The notes beneath the pieces were generated by a model. It saw nothing but the letters and a program-made list of their open reading frames with translations. It was not told where the DNA came from and searched no databases. The translations under genes were made by a program, and so were the position numbers. From positions 96,001 through 160,000 of the forward strand of contig JBBIML010000009.1 of the NCBI GenBank assembly GCA_037444405.1: 64,000 bases of DNA, given 5' to 3'. The DNA is from Armatimonadota bacterium (lineage in GTDB: Bacteria > Armatimonadota > Fimbriimonadia > Fimbriimonadales > GBS-DC). This document shows positions 46,587-55,796 of the stretch, one piece after another. How positions within the stretch are numbered: the stretch's first letter is position 1; each line of letters begins with the position of its first letter.

Positions 46587-48152
46587 TCAGTGCCGAAAAT
46601 GGCGGATGGCGGTGAAGACCATCGCGATGCCGTGCTGGTTGGCGGCGGCAATCACTTCAGGGTCTTTTTTAGAGCCGCCGGGCTGAATAATGGCGCGGAT
46701 GCCCGCCTGTGCCGCCAGTTCGATACTGTCGGGGAAGGGGAAGAAGGCGTCGGACGCCAGCACGGCGCCGCTGGCTCGCTCGCCCGCCTGCTCCAGCGCG
46801 AGGCGCACCGCCCCCACACGGTTCATCTGCCCCGCGCCGACGCCCAGCACCTGCCCCGCTCGCGCCACCACAATCGCGTTCGACTTCACATGCTTGACCA
46901 CACGCCAGGCGAAGCGCAGGTCGCGCCACTGCTCGTCGGTCGGCGCATGCTCCGTCACCACCTGCAGCAGGTTGGGGTTCCAGTCGATAGAATCGCGCTC
47001 GGTATAGAGAACGCCGCCCGTCAGCCCTCGCACGGTGAAGCGCGCCTCCAGCGCGTCGGGCGGTGGTAGCGTGCCTGTGCGCAGCAGGCGCACGCTCTGA
47101 CCCCAGCCTTTGCGCTCCTGAAAGAGCGCGATAGCGTCGGGCGTGAAATCGGGCGCGATCACCACCTCGAAGAAGTTGCCCTGCACGGTGATGGCGCGCG
47201 CGGTCGGCTCGTCCACTGTGCGGTTGAACGCCACGATGCCGCCAAATGCAGAAACGGGGTCTGCCCGCAGCGCGCGCTCGAAGGCGTCGGCAGGCGTATC
47301 GGCAACGGCTACGCCGCAGGGGTTGGTGTGCTTGATAATCGCGCATGCGGGCTGATCGAACTCGCGCACCAGCTCCAGCGCGGCGTCGGCGTCCAGCAGG
47401 TTATTGTATGACAGCTCCTTGCCCCAGAGCTGCTCGGCGGTCGCGACACAGCCGTCGGGCGCGAACGGCTCCCGATAAAACGCCGCCTGCTGATGCGGGT
47501 TCTCGCCGTAGCGCAGGCGCTGGACACGCCGATAGGTGAGCGTCAGCCGTTCGGGTAGCGCACCGTCGGGGTCATAGCGGCGGAACCACTGGGCAATCAG
47601 CGCGTCGTACTCGGCGATGCAGGCGAAGGCGCGCGCCGCCAGCAACGCGCGTTCCGCACGGCTCAAACCACCCGCTCGCAATCGCTCCAGCACCCACTCA
47701 TAATCGGCAGGGTTCACCACCACCGCCACATGCTCGAAGTTTTTGGCGGCGGCGCGAATGAGCGTCGGACCGCCAATATCGATCTGTTCAATCTGCTCGG
47801 CTTCGGACGCGCCTGCCCGCCAGGCTGCCTCAAAGGGATAAAGGTTGACCACCACCAGCTGGATGGGTGTGAGCTGCAGCTCCTGCAGGGTGCGCTGGTG
47901 GTCGGGGCGGTTCAGGTCGGCGAGCAAAGCGGCATGCACGCGCGGATGGAGCGTCTTCACGCGCCCATCGAGGATTTCAGGGAAGCCTGTCCAGTCGCTG
48001 ATCTCGATCACGGGCAGTCCCCACTCGCGCAGGGCGCGCGCCGTGCCCCCCGTGGAAAGCAGGCGATAACCCAGCTGATGGAGCGCGCGGGCGAACGGCT
48101 CCAGCCCCGTTTTGTCCGACACGCTGATGAGAGCCAGCGATTCCTGCCTCAC
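46587..48152 (-). CDS. purH: Bifunctional AICAR transformylase / IMP cyclohydrolase
   Basis: ALISVSDK, STGGT, GRVKTLHP, DIGGP, LRYGENPHQ, KHTNPCG, SDAFFPF, RHFRH. Confidence 0.98.
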   Translation of the reverse strand: MRQESLALISVSDKTGLEPFARALHQLGYRLLSTGGTARALREWGLPVIEISDWTGFPEILDGRVKTLHPRVHAALLADLNRPDHQRTLQELQLTPIQLVVVNLYPFEAAWRAGASEAEQIEQIDIGGPTLIRAAAKNFEHVAVVVNPADYEWVLERLRAGGLSRAERALLAARAFACIAEYDALIAQWFRRYDPDGALPERLTLTYRRVQRLRYGENPHQQAAFYREPFAPDGCVATAEQLWGKELSYNNLLDADAALELVREFDQPACAIIKHTNPCGVAVADTPADAFERALRADPVSAFGGIVAFNRTVDEPTARAITVQGNFFEVVIAPDFTPDAIALFQERKGWGQSVRLLRTGTLPPPDALEARFTVRGLTGGVLYTERDSIDWNPNLLQVVTEHAPTDEQWRDLRFAWRVVKHVKSNAIVVARAGQVLGVGAGQMNRVGAVRLALEQAGERASGAVLASDAFFPFPDSIELAAQAGIRAIIQPGGSKKDPEVIAAANQHGIAMVFTAIRHFRH

Positions 48153-48243
48153 ACGCCTATTGTACCCGCCTGCCACCCATTTTCAGTGCGTTTTCAGTGC
48201 CCTGTCGTAAACTGCCCGCGACACCTTTCGGGAGGTGGCGACG

Positions 48244-48909
48244 ATGATGACGATAACGGAACAGAACGGGGCGACGCTGGATTCGATCTGGCAGGAGCGA
48301 CTGACCGAGCAGTTTCTGCAGTTCGCTCGCGCGCATGTGTGGGGCTGGCTGGTGCGCTGGAACCGCGTCAACAGCTGCCCGCTGCCCGAAGCCGACCTGG
48401 AGGACATCCTGAGCGAGATTCTGCTGACCGTGCTGCATTTCAAGCTGCCGGAGGGGGCGTCGGCGTGGGAGCCGTGCCTGATGGCGTATCTGAAGCGGGT
48501 GGCACGCCGAATCTATAATCGCTTCCGCTCCCAGCGGCGGATAGTTCTCTCGCTGGACGCGCTTCCGCCAGAGCTTTTACCGACCGTGAGCATTGAGGAC
48601 ACCTGCTCGCAGGACGAGGGGGCATTTGTGCAGGCGGTTGCCCAGCAGCTGCTGAAGATGCCCCGCCATCACGCGCTGGCGTTCCTGTTGCAGCTGGATT
48701 CGGAGCTGGCGGAGTGCCTGTTGCAGGCGGGCGGCGCGGCGCTGGAGCGTCATCTGGCGTGCGACGCCCTGTATGAGCTGGTGCAAGGTGCGCCCCTGCC
48801 CGACCGCGAGATTGCCCGACACCTGCAACTGACACCCCGTGCGGTGATCCGTGCCCGCCAGCACGCCCGCGAACGGCTCCGCAACTGTCTGCAAGCCATC
48901 GGTGCATAG
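48244..48909 (+). CDS. Divergent sigma-70/ECF-like sigma factor
   Basis: Region-2-like DLEDILSEILL...YLKRVARR; region-4 HTH DREIARHLQLTPRAVIRARQHARERLR. Confidence 0.65.
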   Translation: MMTITEQNGATLDSIWQERLTEQFLQFARAHVWGWLVRWNRVNSCPLPEADLEDILSEILLTVLHFKLPEGASAWEPCLMAYLKRVARRIYNRFRSQRRIVLSLDALPPELLPTVSIEDTCSQDEGAFVQAVAQQLLKMPRHHALAFLLQLDSELAECLLQAGGAALERHLACDALYELVQGAPLPDREIARHLQLTPRAVIRARQHARERLRNCLQAIGA

Positions 48910-48910
48910 C

Positions 48911-48999
48911 TCCCTCACCCAATCCCTCTTCCCCGCGCGGGAGAGAGGGACAAATGAAACCCCCTCTCCCACAGCGTGGGAGAGGGAGGGGGTGAGGGC
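48911..48999. repeat. Inverted pair of CCCTCTCCC-type REP-like units
   Basis: Units at 48911-48950 and 48960-48999 in opposite orientation. Confidence 0.82.
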
Positions 49000-49132
49000 T
49001 ACCTCTGGAAAGAAGCATTTAGGGGCGATTTTCGGTCGAAATCCGCATCTTTATGGGTACATTTCGGGGTTCGCCTGCATTATATTAGATGGAGCCGAAA
49101 AAGCTCCCAGACCAAACGATAGAGGTACAACG

Positions 49133-50260
49133 ATGATGAGACGAACGATCTGGAGTATCGGGCTAATCGCAAGCGCGTTGCTGGTGTCGCTCTTCACGCC
49201 AGCGTCAGCGCAAAATGAACGGTGCTGTGATTTCCATGTACGGCACAATTTCCGCGTCTGCCTGCCGAGGGGCTGTCAGATCCCGCAGGTTCGCTGGGAT
49301 TGGTTCACGCAAGCAACGGTGTGGCCGCCCCTGCAGACCAGCACCAATTCCGGCACGAACTTCTATCCTATTCCAAGTGCCGACACCCAGTGTGCAAATG
49401 CTGTTGCGCCACAGGAGTGCGCGTTTGCAAACGCTTGCGCCCAGTTTAATGTGGACTGGATTCCGGGCACCCGCTGCATCCAGGGCTTTCACGAAGCCTT
49501 CGGACGCGCCTGTGTCCGCTGCCGCGGGTTTGGGGCGCGGGCGAGGGCAGCGTCCCGGATCACCATTCTGTGCGGCTTGCAGAACGCTGCCGGGCAGATC
49601 GTGTGGCAACCTGCTTTTCGCGATACAGTGCGAGCGGGGTGCGGCGTGCGCAATACAGACCCTGTGGTGCTGAAGCTGCGCAACCCTGCAACGGGTGAAA
49701 CGCGCGACGATGTGCTGTTCGACCTGCGCGCCTCACGCTTCAGTTGGGAAGGTCAGGATGTAGACGGCGACGGCTGGTATGACACCGCAAGAGTTCGCTA
49801 CTGCTGCTTGGATGTGGATGGAGACGGATATCTTGCCATACAGGTCGGTGGAGAGTCTCTGCGTGCGCCGGCGGGCGAGCTGCGCCTTCGAACCCACAAT
49901 AGTATCGTCACCGAGGCTTTCAAAAGCGGTCTTTTCGATAGTGTACGCCTGCCAAATGTTGGTGAGCAGGTGCCGCCAGAGATACCACTTCCCTTCGCCG
50001 AGTTCGACCTGACCTTCCAGGTGCCCGACGGCTGGGTGCTGGAAGAGGTAGAGATGGGTGGCGGCGGCGAATCGGGCGATACACCCCCGCCACCCGGCGA
50101 TGTGAACGGCGACGGCTGTGTGGATGACGCCGACCTGTTAGCTGTGCTGTTCGCGTTCGGGCAATCGGGTTCAGACTTGCCCGAAGATGTGAACGGCGAT
50201 GGCGTGGTGGACGACGCCGACCTGCTGATTGTGCTGTTCAACTTTGGTCAAGGCTGCTAA
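49133..50260 (+). CDS. Secreted Cys-rich protein with C-terminal dockerin-like tag
   Basis: Signal peptide ending ASA; 14 Cys before the tag; two DVDGDG motifs; tag at 50096-50260. Confidence 0.82.
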   Translation: MMRRTIWSIGLIASALLVSLFTPASAQNERCCDFHVRHNFRVCLPRGCQIPQVRWDWFTQATVWPPLQTSTNSGTNFYPIPSADTQCANAVAPQECAFANACAQFNVDWIPGTRCIQGFHEAFGRACVRCRGFGARARAASRITILCGLQNAAGQIVWQPAFRDTVRAGCGVRNTDPVVLKLRNPATGETRDDVLFDLRASRFSWEGQDVDGDGWYDTARVRYCCLDVDGDGYLAIQVGGESLRAPAGELRLRTHNSIVTEAFKSGLFDSVRLPNVGEQVPPEIPLPFAEFDLTFQVPDGWVLEEVEMGGGGESGDTPPPPGDVNGDGCVDDADLLAVLFAFGQSGSDLPEDVNGDGVVDDADLLIVLFNFGQGC

Positions 50261-50283
50261 CCGTCCCTGCCGTGCCTGCCAAT

Positions 50284-50312
50284 CCCCCCTTCTTCCACCC
50301 GGAGGAGGGGGG
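50284..50312. terminator. GC-rich hairpin (terminator or degenerate repeat)
   Basis: TCCCCCCTTCTTCC-ACCC-GGAGGAGGGGGGA. Confidence 0.5.
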
Positions 50313-50352
50313 ATTCGAGGTATAATAAAGTATTCGAAGGTGGCTAACCGAC

Positions 50353-51975
50353 ATGAACAGTCTGAAAGGGTGGCTTTCTGGTGCGCTATTGATGAGCCTG
50401 TGGGTGGCAGCTTGCGCCCAGCAGAATGTGTCGATTACTATCAGCCTGATCGACTCCGTGAATGTGGAGTACGAGATGCAGGTGGTCAACAACAACACCA
50501 GCAGCTCGGGCTGGGCAGTGGATCAAGTGGATGTGCTGTACACGACAGCAGGTGTGTTGCAGGCGACCTTTGTGCCCAACGGCTGGGGCTGGCGCGGCGA
50601 TGTGCCCTGGGATGCCATTCCCAACGCGCTCGAATTCACCGCCAATACAAGCGCTGACCGCATCGCGCCTGGCGGGGGCAGTCGCACCTTCCGCTATAAA
50701 ATGAACACCAAAACGCCAGCGGAAGACTTCTATATCATGTTCCATGTGGTGCAGGGAACCCAGAGCCAGGAATATGTGCGCCGAATCAAGGTTCTCCAGA
50801 CCATCAATGTGCCCAAAGATTCGGGGCAGATTCAGCAGGTGAATGTGCCCGCGCCTGGTGGTGGCATGCTCCAGCTGCTGGAGCTGCGGTTTCGGATGCT
50901 GTTCCCCATCCCCACCCTGCGCTACGAGATTGCCACCCTCGATCAGGATGGTCAGGAGCGCGATCGGGTGCAGTATCCACCCGCGCCCATCCCACAGCCG
51001 CCCCATCTGGAGCATTTCTTCACCGGCGGTGTGGAGCGCCAGATTCCGACAGAGGGTGTGCCCCCGCTGAGCTACTGGACGCTCTGTGCGGAAAGCGCCC
51101 AGTGGAACAGCGGCGCCACTGGCATCGCCGAGCTGAGCTGGGAACGGGACCGCCTGTCGATTCGGCGTCCATCCGCCTGCTGGCACTTTTTCCCCTCCTT
51201 GCCCCTGCCCGACGGCGGGCGAATCGTGCGCTTTCGAATCGCCAACTGCGGCAGGGTTCCGTTTCAGGGCGCGCTATTGCTTTACCTGCGGGGGGACCAG
51301 CTGCTTGCTTGCGGCGCTGACCTATCCACCTGGCCCACTCGTTTTCCACCAGATCGCCAGCTCCCGCTAACGCTCTCGCCGGGTCAGTTCCAGCAGATCG
51401 ATCTGGTCATTCCTGCAGGGGTGCCGCCGAACCGATTCTTCTATGGCGCTCTCGATATGGAATCGGGCGATGAGCTGCCGACCCAGCTCTTCTTCGCGCA
51501 TCAGGAGTCGGACGCGCCGCTACTGACAGGGCTGCTGCAGAACGACGGCGGCAGGCGACCCGTGCAAATCGCAGTGCACAATCCGCTCTCTGGTTTTACG
51601 CGCCTATTCACCACGCTTACCGATCCCGACGGAATCTGGCGCATTCGGCTTGATGCCAGCAACGGCTTTGCCTTTTTCGACGACGCGGGCTTCTATCTCC
51701 CCGTCTGGGAGGTGCGGGTCAAGCCGCAGGGCGCGCTTTCGCGCACTTTCCAGCAGGTGCTGGTGCCCGGTGGCGACACGCTCGATCCCTACCTGCGCAT
51801 GTGGCTGGTGCTGGGCGATGTGAACGGCGACGACTGCATCGACGATGCCGACCTGTTAGCCGTGCTGTTCGCCTTCGGGCAGGCGGGCAACCTGCCTGAA
51901 GACCTGAACCTCGATGGCATCGTCGACGATGCCGACCTGCTGATTGTGCTGTTTCACTTCGGCGCAGGGTGCTGA
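50353..51975 (+). CDS. Secreted beta-sandwich protein with C-terminal dockerin-like tag
   Basis: Signal peptide; tag at 51814-51975; GG-TATAAT at 50321. Confidence 0.82.
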   Translation: MNSLKGWLSGALLMSLWVAACAQQNVSITISLIDSVNVEYEMQVVNNNTSSSGWAVDQVDVLYTTAGVLQATFVPNGWGWRGDVPWDAIPNALEFTANTSADRIAPGGGSRTFRYKMNTKTPAEDFYIMFHVVQGTQSQEYVRRIKVLQTINVPKDSGQIQQVNVPAPGGGMLQLLELRFRMLFPIPTLRYEIATLDQDGQERDRVQYPPAPIPQPPHLEHFFTGGVERQIPTEGVPPLSYWTLCAESAQWNSGATGIAELSWERDRLSIRRPSACWHFFPSLPLPDGGRIVRFRIANCGRVPFQGALLLYLRGDQLLACGADLSTWPTRFPPDRQLPLTLSPGQFQQIDLVIPAGVPPNRFFYGALDMESGDELPTQLFFAHQESDAPLLTGLLQNDGGRRPVQIAVHNPLSGFTRLFTTLTDPDGIWRIRLDASNGFAFFDDAGFYLPVWEVRVKPQGALSRTFQQVLVPGGDTLDPYLRMWLVLGDVNGDDCIDDADLLAVLFAFGQAGNLPEDLNLDGIVDDADLLIVLFHFGAGC

Positions 51976-51976
51976 A

Positions 51977-53140
51977 TCAGCGCACGCCTAACAGCAGCTC
52001 CATCGTCAGCTGGTCTAGCTTCTCATACTTGTAGCCGCGCCGACCCAGCGCCTCGCGGTCAAACGGGTATGATTTGAGCCACTGGGCGTTCTCGCGCGAG
52101 TAGGTCATGCGCTCCTGCAGTTCCATGTCCCACTCGCGAATCTCCGCGAGCAGCCCCTGAATCTCGGGGTCCTGATTGAACCGCTCCGCTTTCTCCTTGA
52201 GGATGAGGTAGGTGCGCATACAGCCCTTCGCGAACTCCCACACGCCCTCCTCGTCTTCAGTGCGGTAGGCGTGCGCGTCGAAGTGGCGCGGACCGCTGTA
52301 GCCGTTGTCCTCCAGCAGCTTCACTAAGAAAAACGCGCCCTTGATGTCTTCTGCACCGAATCGGTAGTCCTGATCGTAGCGGCAGAACTTCTGGGCGTTC
52401 AGGTCGATGTGGAACAGCTTGTTGCATTCGATGGCTTGCGCGACGGCGTGGACGAAGTTCAGCCCGACCATGTTCTCGTGCGCCACTTCTGGGTTCACAC
52501 CGCACATGCTGGGGTCATCGAGCGTTTCGATGAACGCGAGCATGGCGCCGACGGTGGGCAGGAAGATGTCGCCACGCGGCTCGTTGGGTTTCGGCTCCAG
52601 CGCGAATCTGAGCCGATAGCCCTGGTCTTTGACATAGTGGATGAGGAAGTTCATGCATTCACGGTACCACTGCAGGGCTTGCACGGGGTCTTTGGCGGCG
52701 TCGGTCTCGGTGCCCTCGCGTCCGCCCCAGAACACATAGATTTCGGCGCCCAGCTCCACCGCCAGATCGATGGCGTGCATGCTCTTTTGCAGGGCGTAGG
52801 CGCGCACCTTCGGGTCGTTGCTGGTAAACGCGCCATCTTTGAACACGGGGTCATAGAAGAGATTGGTCGTGCCCATCACCAGGCGCATGTTGTAATCGTC
52901 GAGGGCTTTTTTGAACTCGCGCACGATGCGCTCGCGCTCGGCGGGTGTGGCGTCGATGGGCACCAGATCGTTATCGTGCAGGTTGACGCCCCATGCGCCC
53001 AGCTCGGAAAGTTTCTGCACGATGCGCACGGGCGGGATGGGCGGGCGCACAAAGTCGCCGAACGGATCGCGCCCGCGATTGCCAACCGTCCACAGCCCGA
53101 AAGTGAACCGATGCTCCGGTTTCGGTGTATAATCTGCCAT
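51977..53140 (-). CDS. xylA: Xylose isomerase (class I, Thermus/Streptomyces type)
   Basis: [55 protein letters not shown]. Confidence 0.97.
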   Translation of the reverse strand: MADYTPKPEHRFTFGLWTVGNRGRDPFGDFVRPPIPPVRIVQKLSELGAWGVNLHDNDLVPIDATPAERERIVREFKKALDDYNMRLVMGTTNLFYDPVFKDGAFTSNDPKVRAYALQKSMHAIDLAVELGAEIYVFWGGREGTETDAAKDPVQALQWYRECMNFLIHYVKDQGYRLRFALEPKPNEPRGDIFLPTVGAMLAFIETLDDPSMCGVNPEVAHENMVGLNFVHAVAQAIECNKLFHIDLNAQKFCRYDQDYRFGAEDIKGAFFLVKLLEDNGYSGPRHFDAHAYRTEDEEGVWEFAKGCMRTYLILKEKAERFNQDPEIQGLLAEIREWDMELQERMTYSRENAQWLKSYPFDREALGRRGYKYEKLDQLTMELLLGVR

Positions 53141-53166
53141 GATGGGAACACCTCCCGACATGCTTT

Positions 53167-53193
53167 GTTCGATGGGGGGATGCACTTTCCTGC
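53167..53193 (-). promoter_or_regulatory. SigH-like promoter of xylA (GCAGGA-N17-GAAC)
   Basis: Exact motif match. Confidence 0.6.
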
Positions 53194-53195
53194 AG

Positions 53196-53221
53196 GGAAC
53201 CTGCCTCGGAGGCTGTTCGTT
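53196..53221 (+). promoter_or_regulatory. ECF-like promoter (GGAAC-N17-CGTT)
   Basis: Same motif and flanks as 6022-6053. Confidence 0.55.
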
Positions 53222-53244
53222 CCCAACCTGTCGAGGTGATAAGA

Positions 53245-55788
53245 ATGCACTGGCGAACGGAATGGCGGAGAGCAGTCGCCTGCTGGTATGCCGGGATCGG
53301 GCTTCTGAGTCTGTTCAGCCTGGCTCCGGCGCAGTTTGTATGGCTTCAGCACGCGCCGACCTTCACCGATGACCTGTATGGGGTGGCATTTCCGACACCG
53401 ACGCACGGCTTTGTGGTCGGCACGCGCGCCCTGCTGAAAGAGACGCGGGATGGTGGTCAGAGCTGGCGCTATCGCAGTGGCGTCGGTGCCACCACGCCCA
53501 GCGTGGACCCCTTCTACGCCGTTCTCTTTTATGGCTCGCAAAACGGGTGGATCACAGGCAATAACAACTACGCTTTTCGGACCACCGACGAGGGCGCCAC
53601 ATGGACTCGCATGACCAGTGTGCCCGCTGGCTCGTGGGGGCACATCGATTTCGTTTCGCCCAGCACGGGCTTTATCGGTGCGAACGGCGCCTGCGCCTTC
53701 ACCAGCGATGGCGGTCAAAACTGGCAGTTGCGCTCCGGCTATCCCGACTGCCCGATTATGTACGGCATGGATTTTCGGGATGTGAATCTGGGGCTGGTAG
53801 CGGGCGACCACCTTTCACAGGGCACGGGCATCTACCGCACGACCGATGGCGGGCGTACATGGAGCCGACGGCTGACGGGCATTTTCAACGATGTGGTCTT
53901 TATGGACACCAGCACTGCGCTGGCAACCACCAACACAGGGGCGATTTACCGCTCCACCGACGCGGGCAACAACTGGACGCAGATCGCTCCCGACCGCCCT
54001 AACGGGCTGCTGGATCTCGAACGGGTGGATAGCACCACCGTTGTGGGCGTGTCGGCGTTTGGCGATATCTGGCGCAGCGCGGACGGCGGATTCACATGGA
54101 GCAGGGTTGGGGATGACCTGGGCGATTTGCCTGGCAGGTGGCGCGTCCGTTTCCGCGACGCGCAGAACGGCTGGGTGGTGGGCCCCAAAGGGATGATGCT
54201 CGCGTCTACTGATGGCGGTCTCACCTGGCGCGTGGCAGGCAACGGCATCGCGGACAATATTACCGACATTAAGATGGTCTCCCGCGCTTTCGGTTATGCC
54301 GTCACGCGCAACGCCTATGTGCTGCGCACGCGCGATGGCGGAGCGCACTGGGATTTGCGCCACCTGAAGGTCACAGGCAATGTGTTTGGACATGCTGAAG
54401 GCTTGCAGGCGATCGATGTGGTCGATGACCAGTTCGCGGTTGCAGCGGGCCTGGGCGGGATCGTGTTCAAAACAACCGATGGCGGCGAGACATGGCAGCC
54501 AATCGGCTATCCCACGCTCCCTGGACTTTTTGACATCTACGATGTGCGCTTCACCAGCCGCCAGACAGGATGGGTCGTGGGGCTGGATAACGATCTGGGG
54601 CACTATCGTACCATCTATCGCACGACGGATGGCGGTCTAACCTGGCAACTGGTTGTGCCTGTGCAGGCAGCGGTTCAATACAACGCGGTCGATTTCGTGG
54701 GCAACAGCGGCTGGATTGTTGGACCGCGCTCTTACATGCTGCGCACGACGGATGGGGGCAACACATGGCAGCAGGTGAACCTGCCTTACGGCAATGAAAC
54801 CAATCTGCAATTCACCGATGTGGGCTTTGCAAATGAGCAGGTGGGCTGGATGATTGGCACGGTGGGCTATGTGTTGCGCTCCACCGATGGCGGTCAGAGC
54901 TGGGTGCGCCAGAACCTCGGCACCAGTGAAGATTTAGCTGCGCTCTATGTAGTGAGCGCGAGCGAGGCGTGGATTGCGGGCGCACTCGGCAGTATATTCC
55001 ACACCACCGACGGCGGTCAGAGCTGGCTCCGTGAGCCGACGGGCTACCCCTCCTCGCTGGGGCTGAGCGCATTGCACGGCACACCCGACGGGCATCTGGT
55101 TGGCGGCGGCTATGCAGGCTTTCTGATAACGCGCCATCACGGTGAGCGGGTGACGGCGACCAGCTTCTCGGTGCCGTTCGGGCGAATGACGGCGGGCAAT
55201 CTGGCTGCTCTGCAAAACAGCGACGAGACCTACCTGATGCTGGAGAGCCGCACGCCTGGTCAGTCAGGGGATCCCCATGCGCAGCTCGTCGTCGAAGGCA
55301 CAGCCAGCCTGCGCCCCTGGTCGCTGCTCGCCTTTCGCTTCGAAGGGCGCACGAACGCCAGCCCCGCAACGGGCGTCAAGCAGGTGCTGGAACTGTTCAA
55401 CTTCGCGACCAACCAGTGGGAGTTTCAGGAAGAGCGATTGGCGGACAACTCGCTCGATGCCGTCTGGGAGACCATGCTCACGGAGCCGTCCCCCTACATT
55501 CAGGCGGGCACAGGGCGCGTGCGCGCTCGAATCAGCTGGTACAAGGTGGGCAATCTGAGCGCGGAGCCGTGGGTGATATGGGTCGACTATGTGCAGTGGA
55601 GCCTGTTGCCGACCGCGATTACGGGCGATGTGAATGGCGACGGCTGCGTGGACGACGCTGACCTGCTCGCGGTGCTGTTCGCGTTCGGGCAATCAGGTTC
55701 AGGCTTGCCCGAAGATGTGAACGGCGACGGTGTGGTGGACGACGCCGATTTGCTCACGGTGCTGTTCAACTTCGGGCAGGGCTGCTAA
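53245..55788 (+). CDS. Secreted BNR/Asp-box (YCF48-like) double beta-propeller + ~155-aa domain + dockerin-like tag
   Basis: About 13 TxDGGxxW repeats; tag at 55624-55788. Confidence 0.88.
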   Translation: MHWRTEWRRAVACWYAGIGLLSLFSLAPAQFVWLQHAPTFTDDLYGVAFPTPTHGFVVGTRALLKETRDGGQSWRYRSGVGATTPSVDPFYAVLFYGSQNGWITGNNNYAFRTTDEGATWTRMTSVPAGSWGHIDFVSPSTGFIGANGACAFTSDGGQNWQLRSGYPDCPIMYGMDFRDVNLGLVAGDHLSQGTGIYRTTDGGRTWSRRLTGIFNDVVFMDTSTALATTNTGAIYRSTDAGNNWTQIAPDRPNGLLDLERVDSTTVVGVSAFGDIWRSADGGFTWSRVGDDLGDLPGRWRVRFRDAQNGWVVGPKGMMLASTDGGLTWRVAGNGIADNITDIKMVSRAFGYAVTRNAYVLRTRDGGAHWDLRHLKVTGNVFGHAEGLQAIDVVDDQFAVAAGLGGIVFKTTDGGETWQPIGYPTLPGLFDIYDVRFTSRQTGWVVGLDNDLGHYRTIYRTTDGGLTWQLVVPVQAAVQYNAVDFVGNSGWIVGPRSYMLRTTDGGNTWQQVNLPYGNETNLQFTDVGFANEQVGWMIGTVGYVLRSTDGGQSWVRQNLGTSEDLAALYVVSASEAWIAGALGSIFHTTDGGQSWLREPTGYPSSLGLSALHGTPDGHLVGGGYAGFLITRHHGERVTATSFSVPFGRMTAGNLAALQNSDETYLMLESRTPGQSGDPHAQLVVEGTASLRPWSLLAFRFEGRTNASPATGVKQVLELFNFATNQWEFQEERLADNSLDAVWETMLTEPSPYIQAGTGRVRARISWYKVGNLSAEPWVIWVDYVQWSLLPTAITGDVNGDGCVDDADLLAVLFAFGQSGSGLPEDVNGDGVVDDADLLTVLFNFGQGC

Positions 55789-55796
55789 ATCGCGCC

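Noticed and set aside
7442..55788. Dispersed ~165-bp repeats as IS/MITE or DGR template-variable repeats
   Set aside because: All copies are in-frame coding, with no terminal inverted repeats, no reverse transcriptase and no adenine-specific variation.
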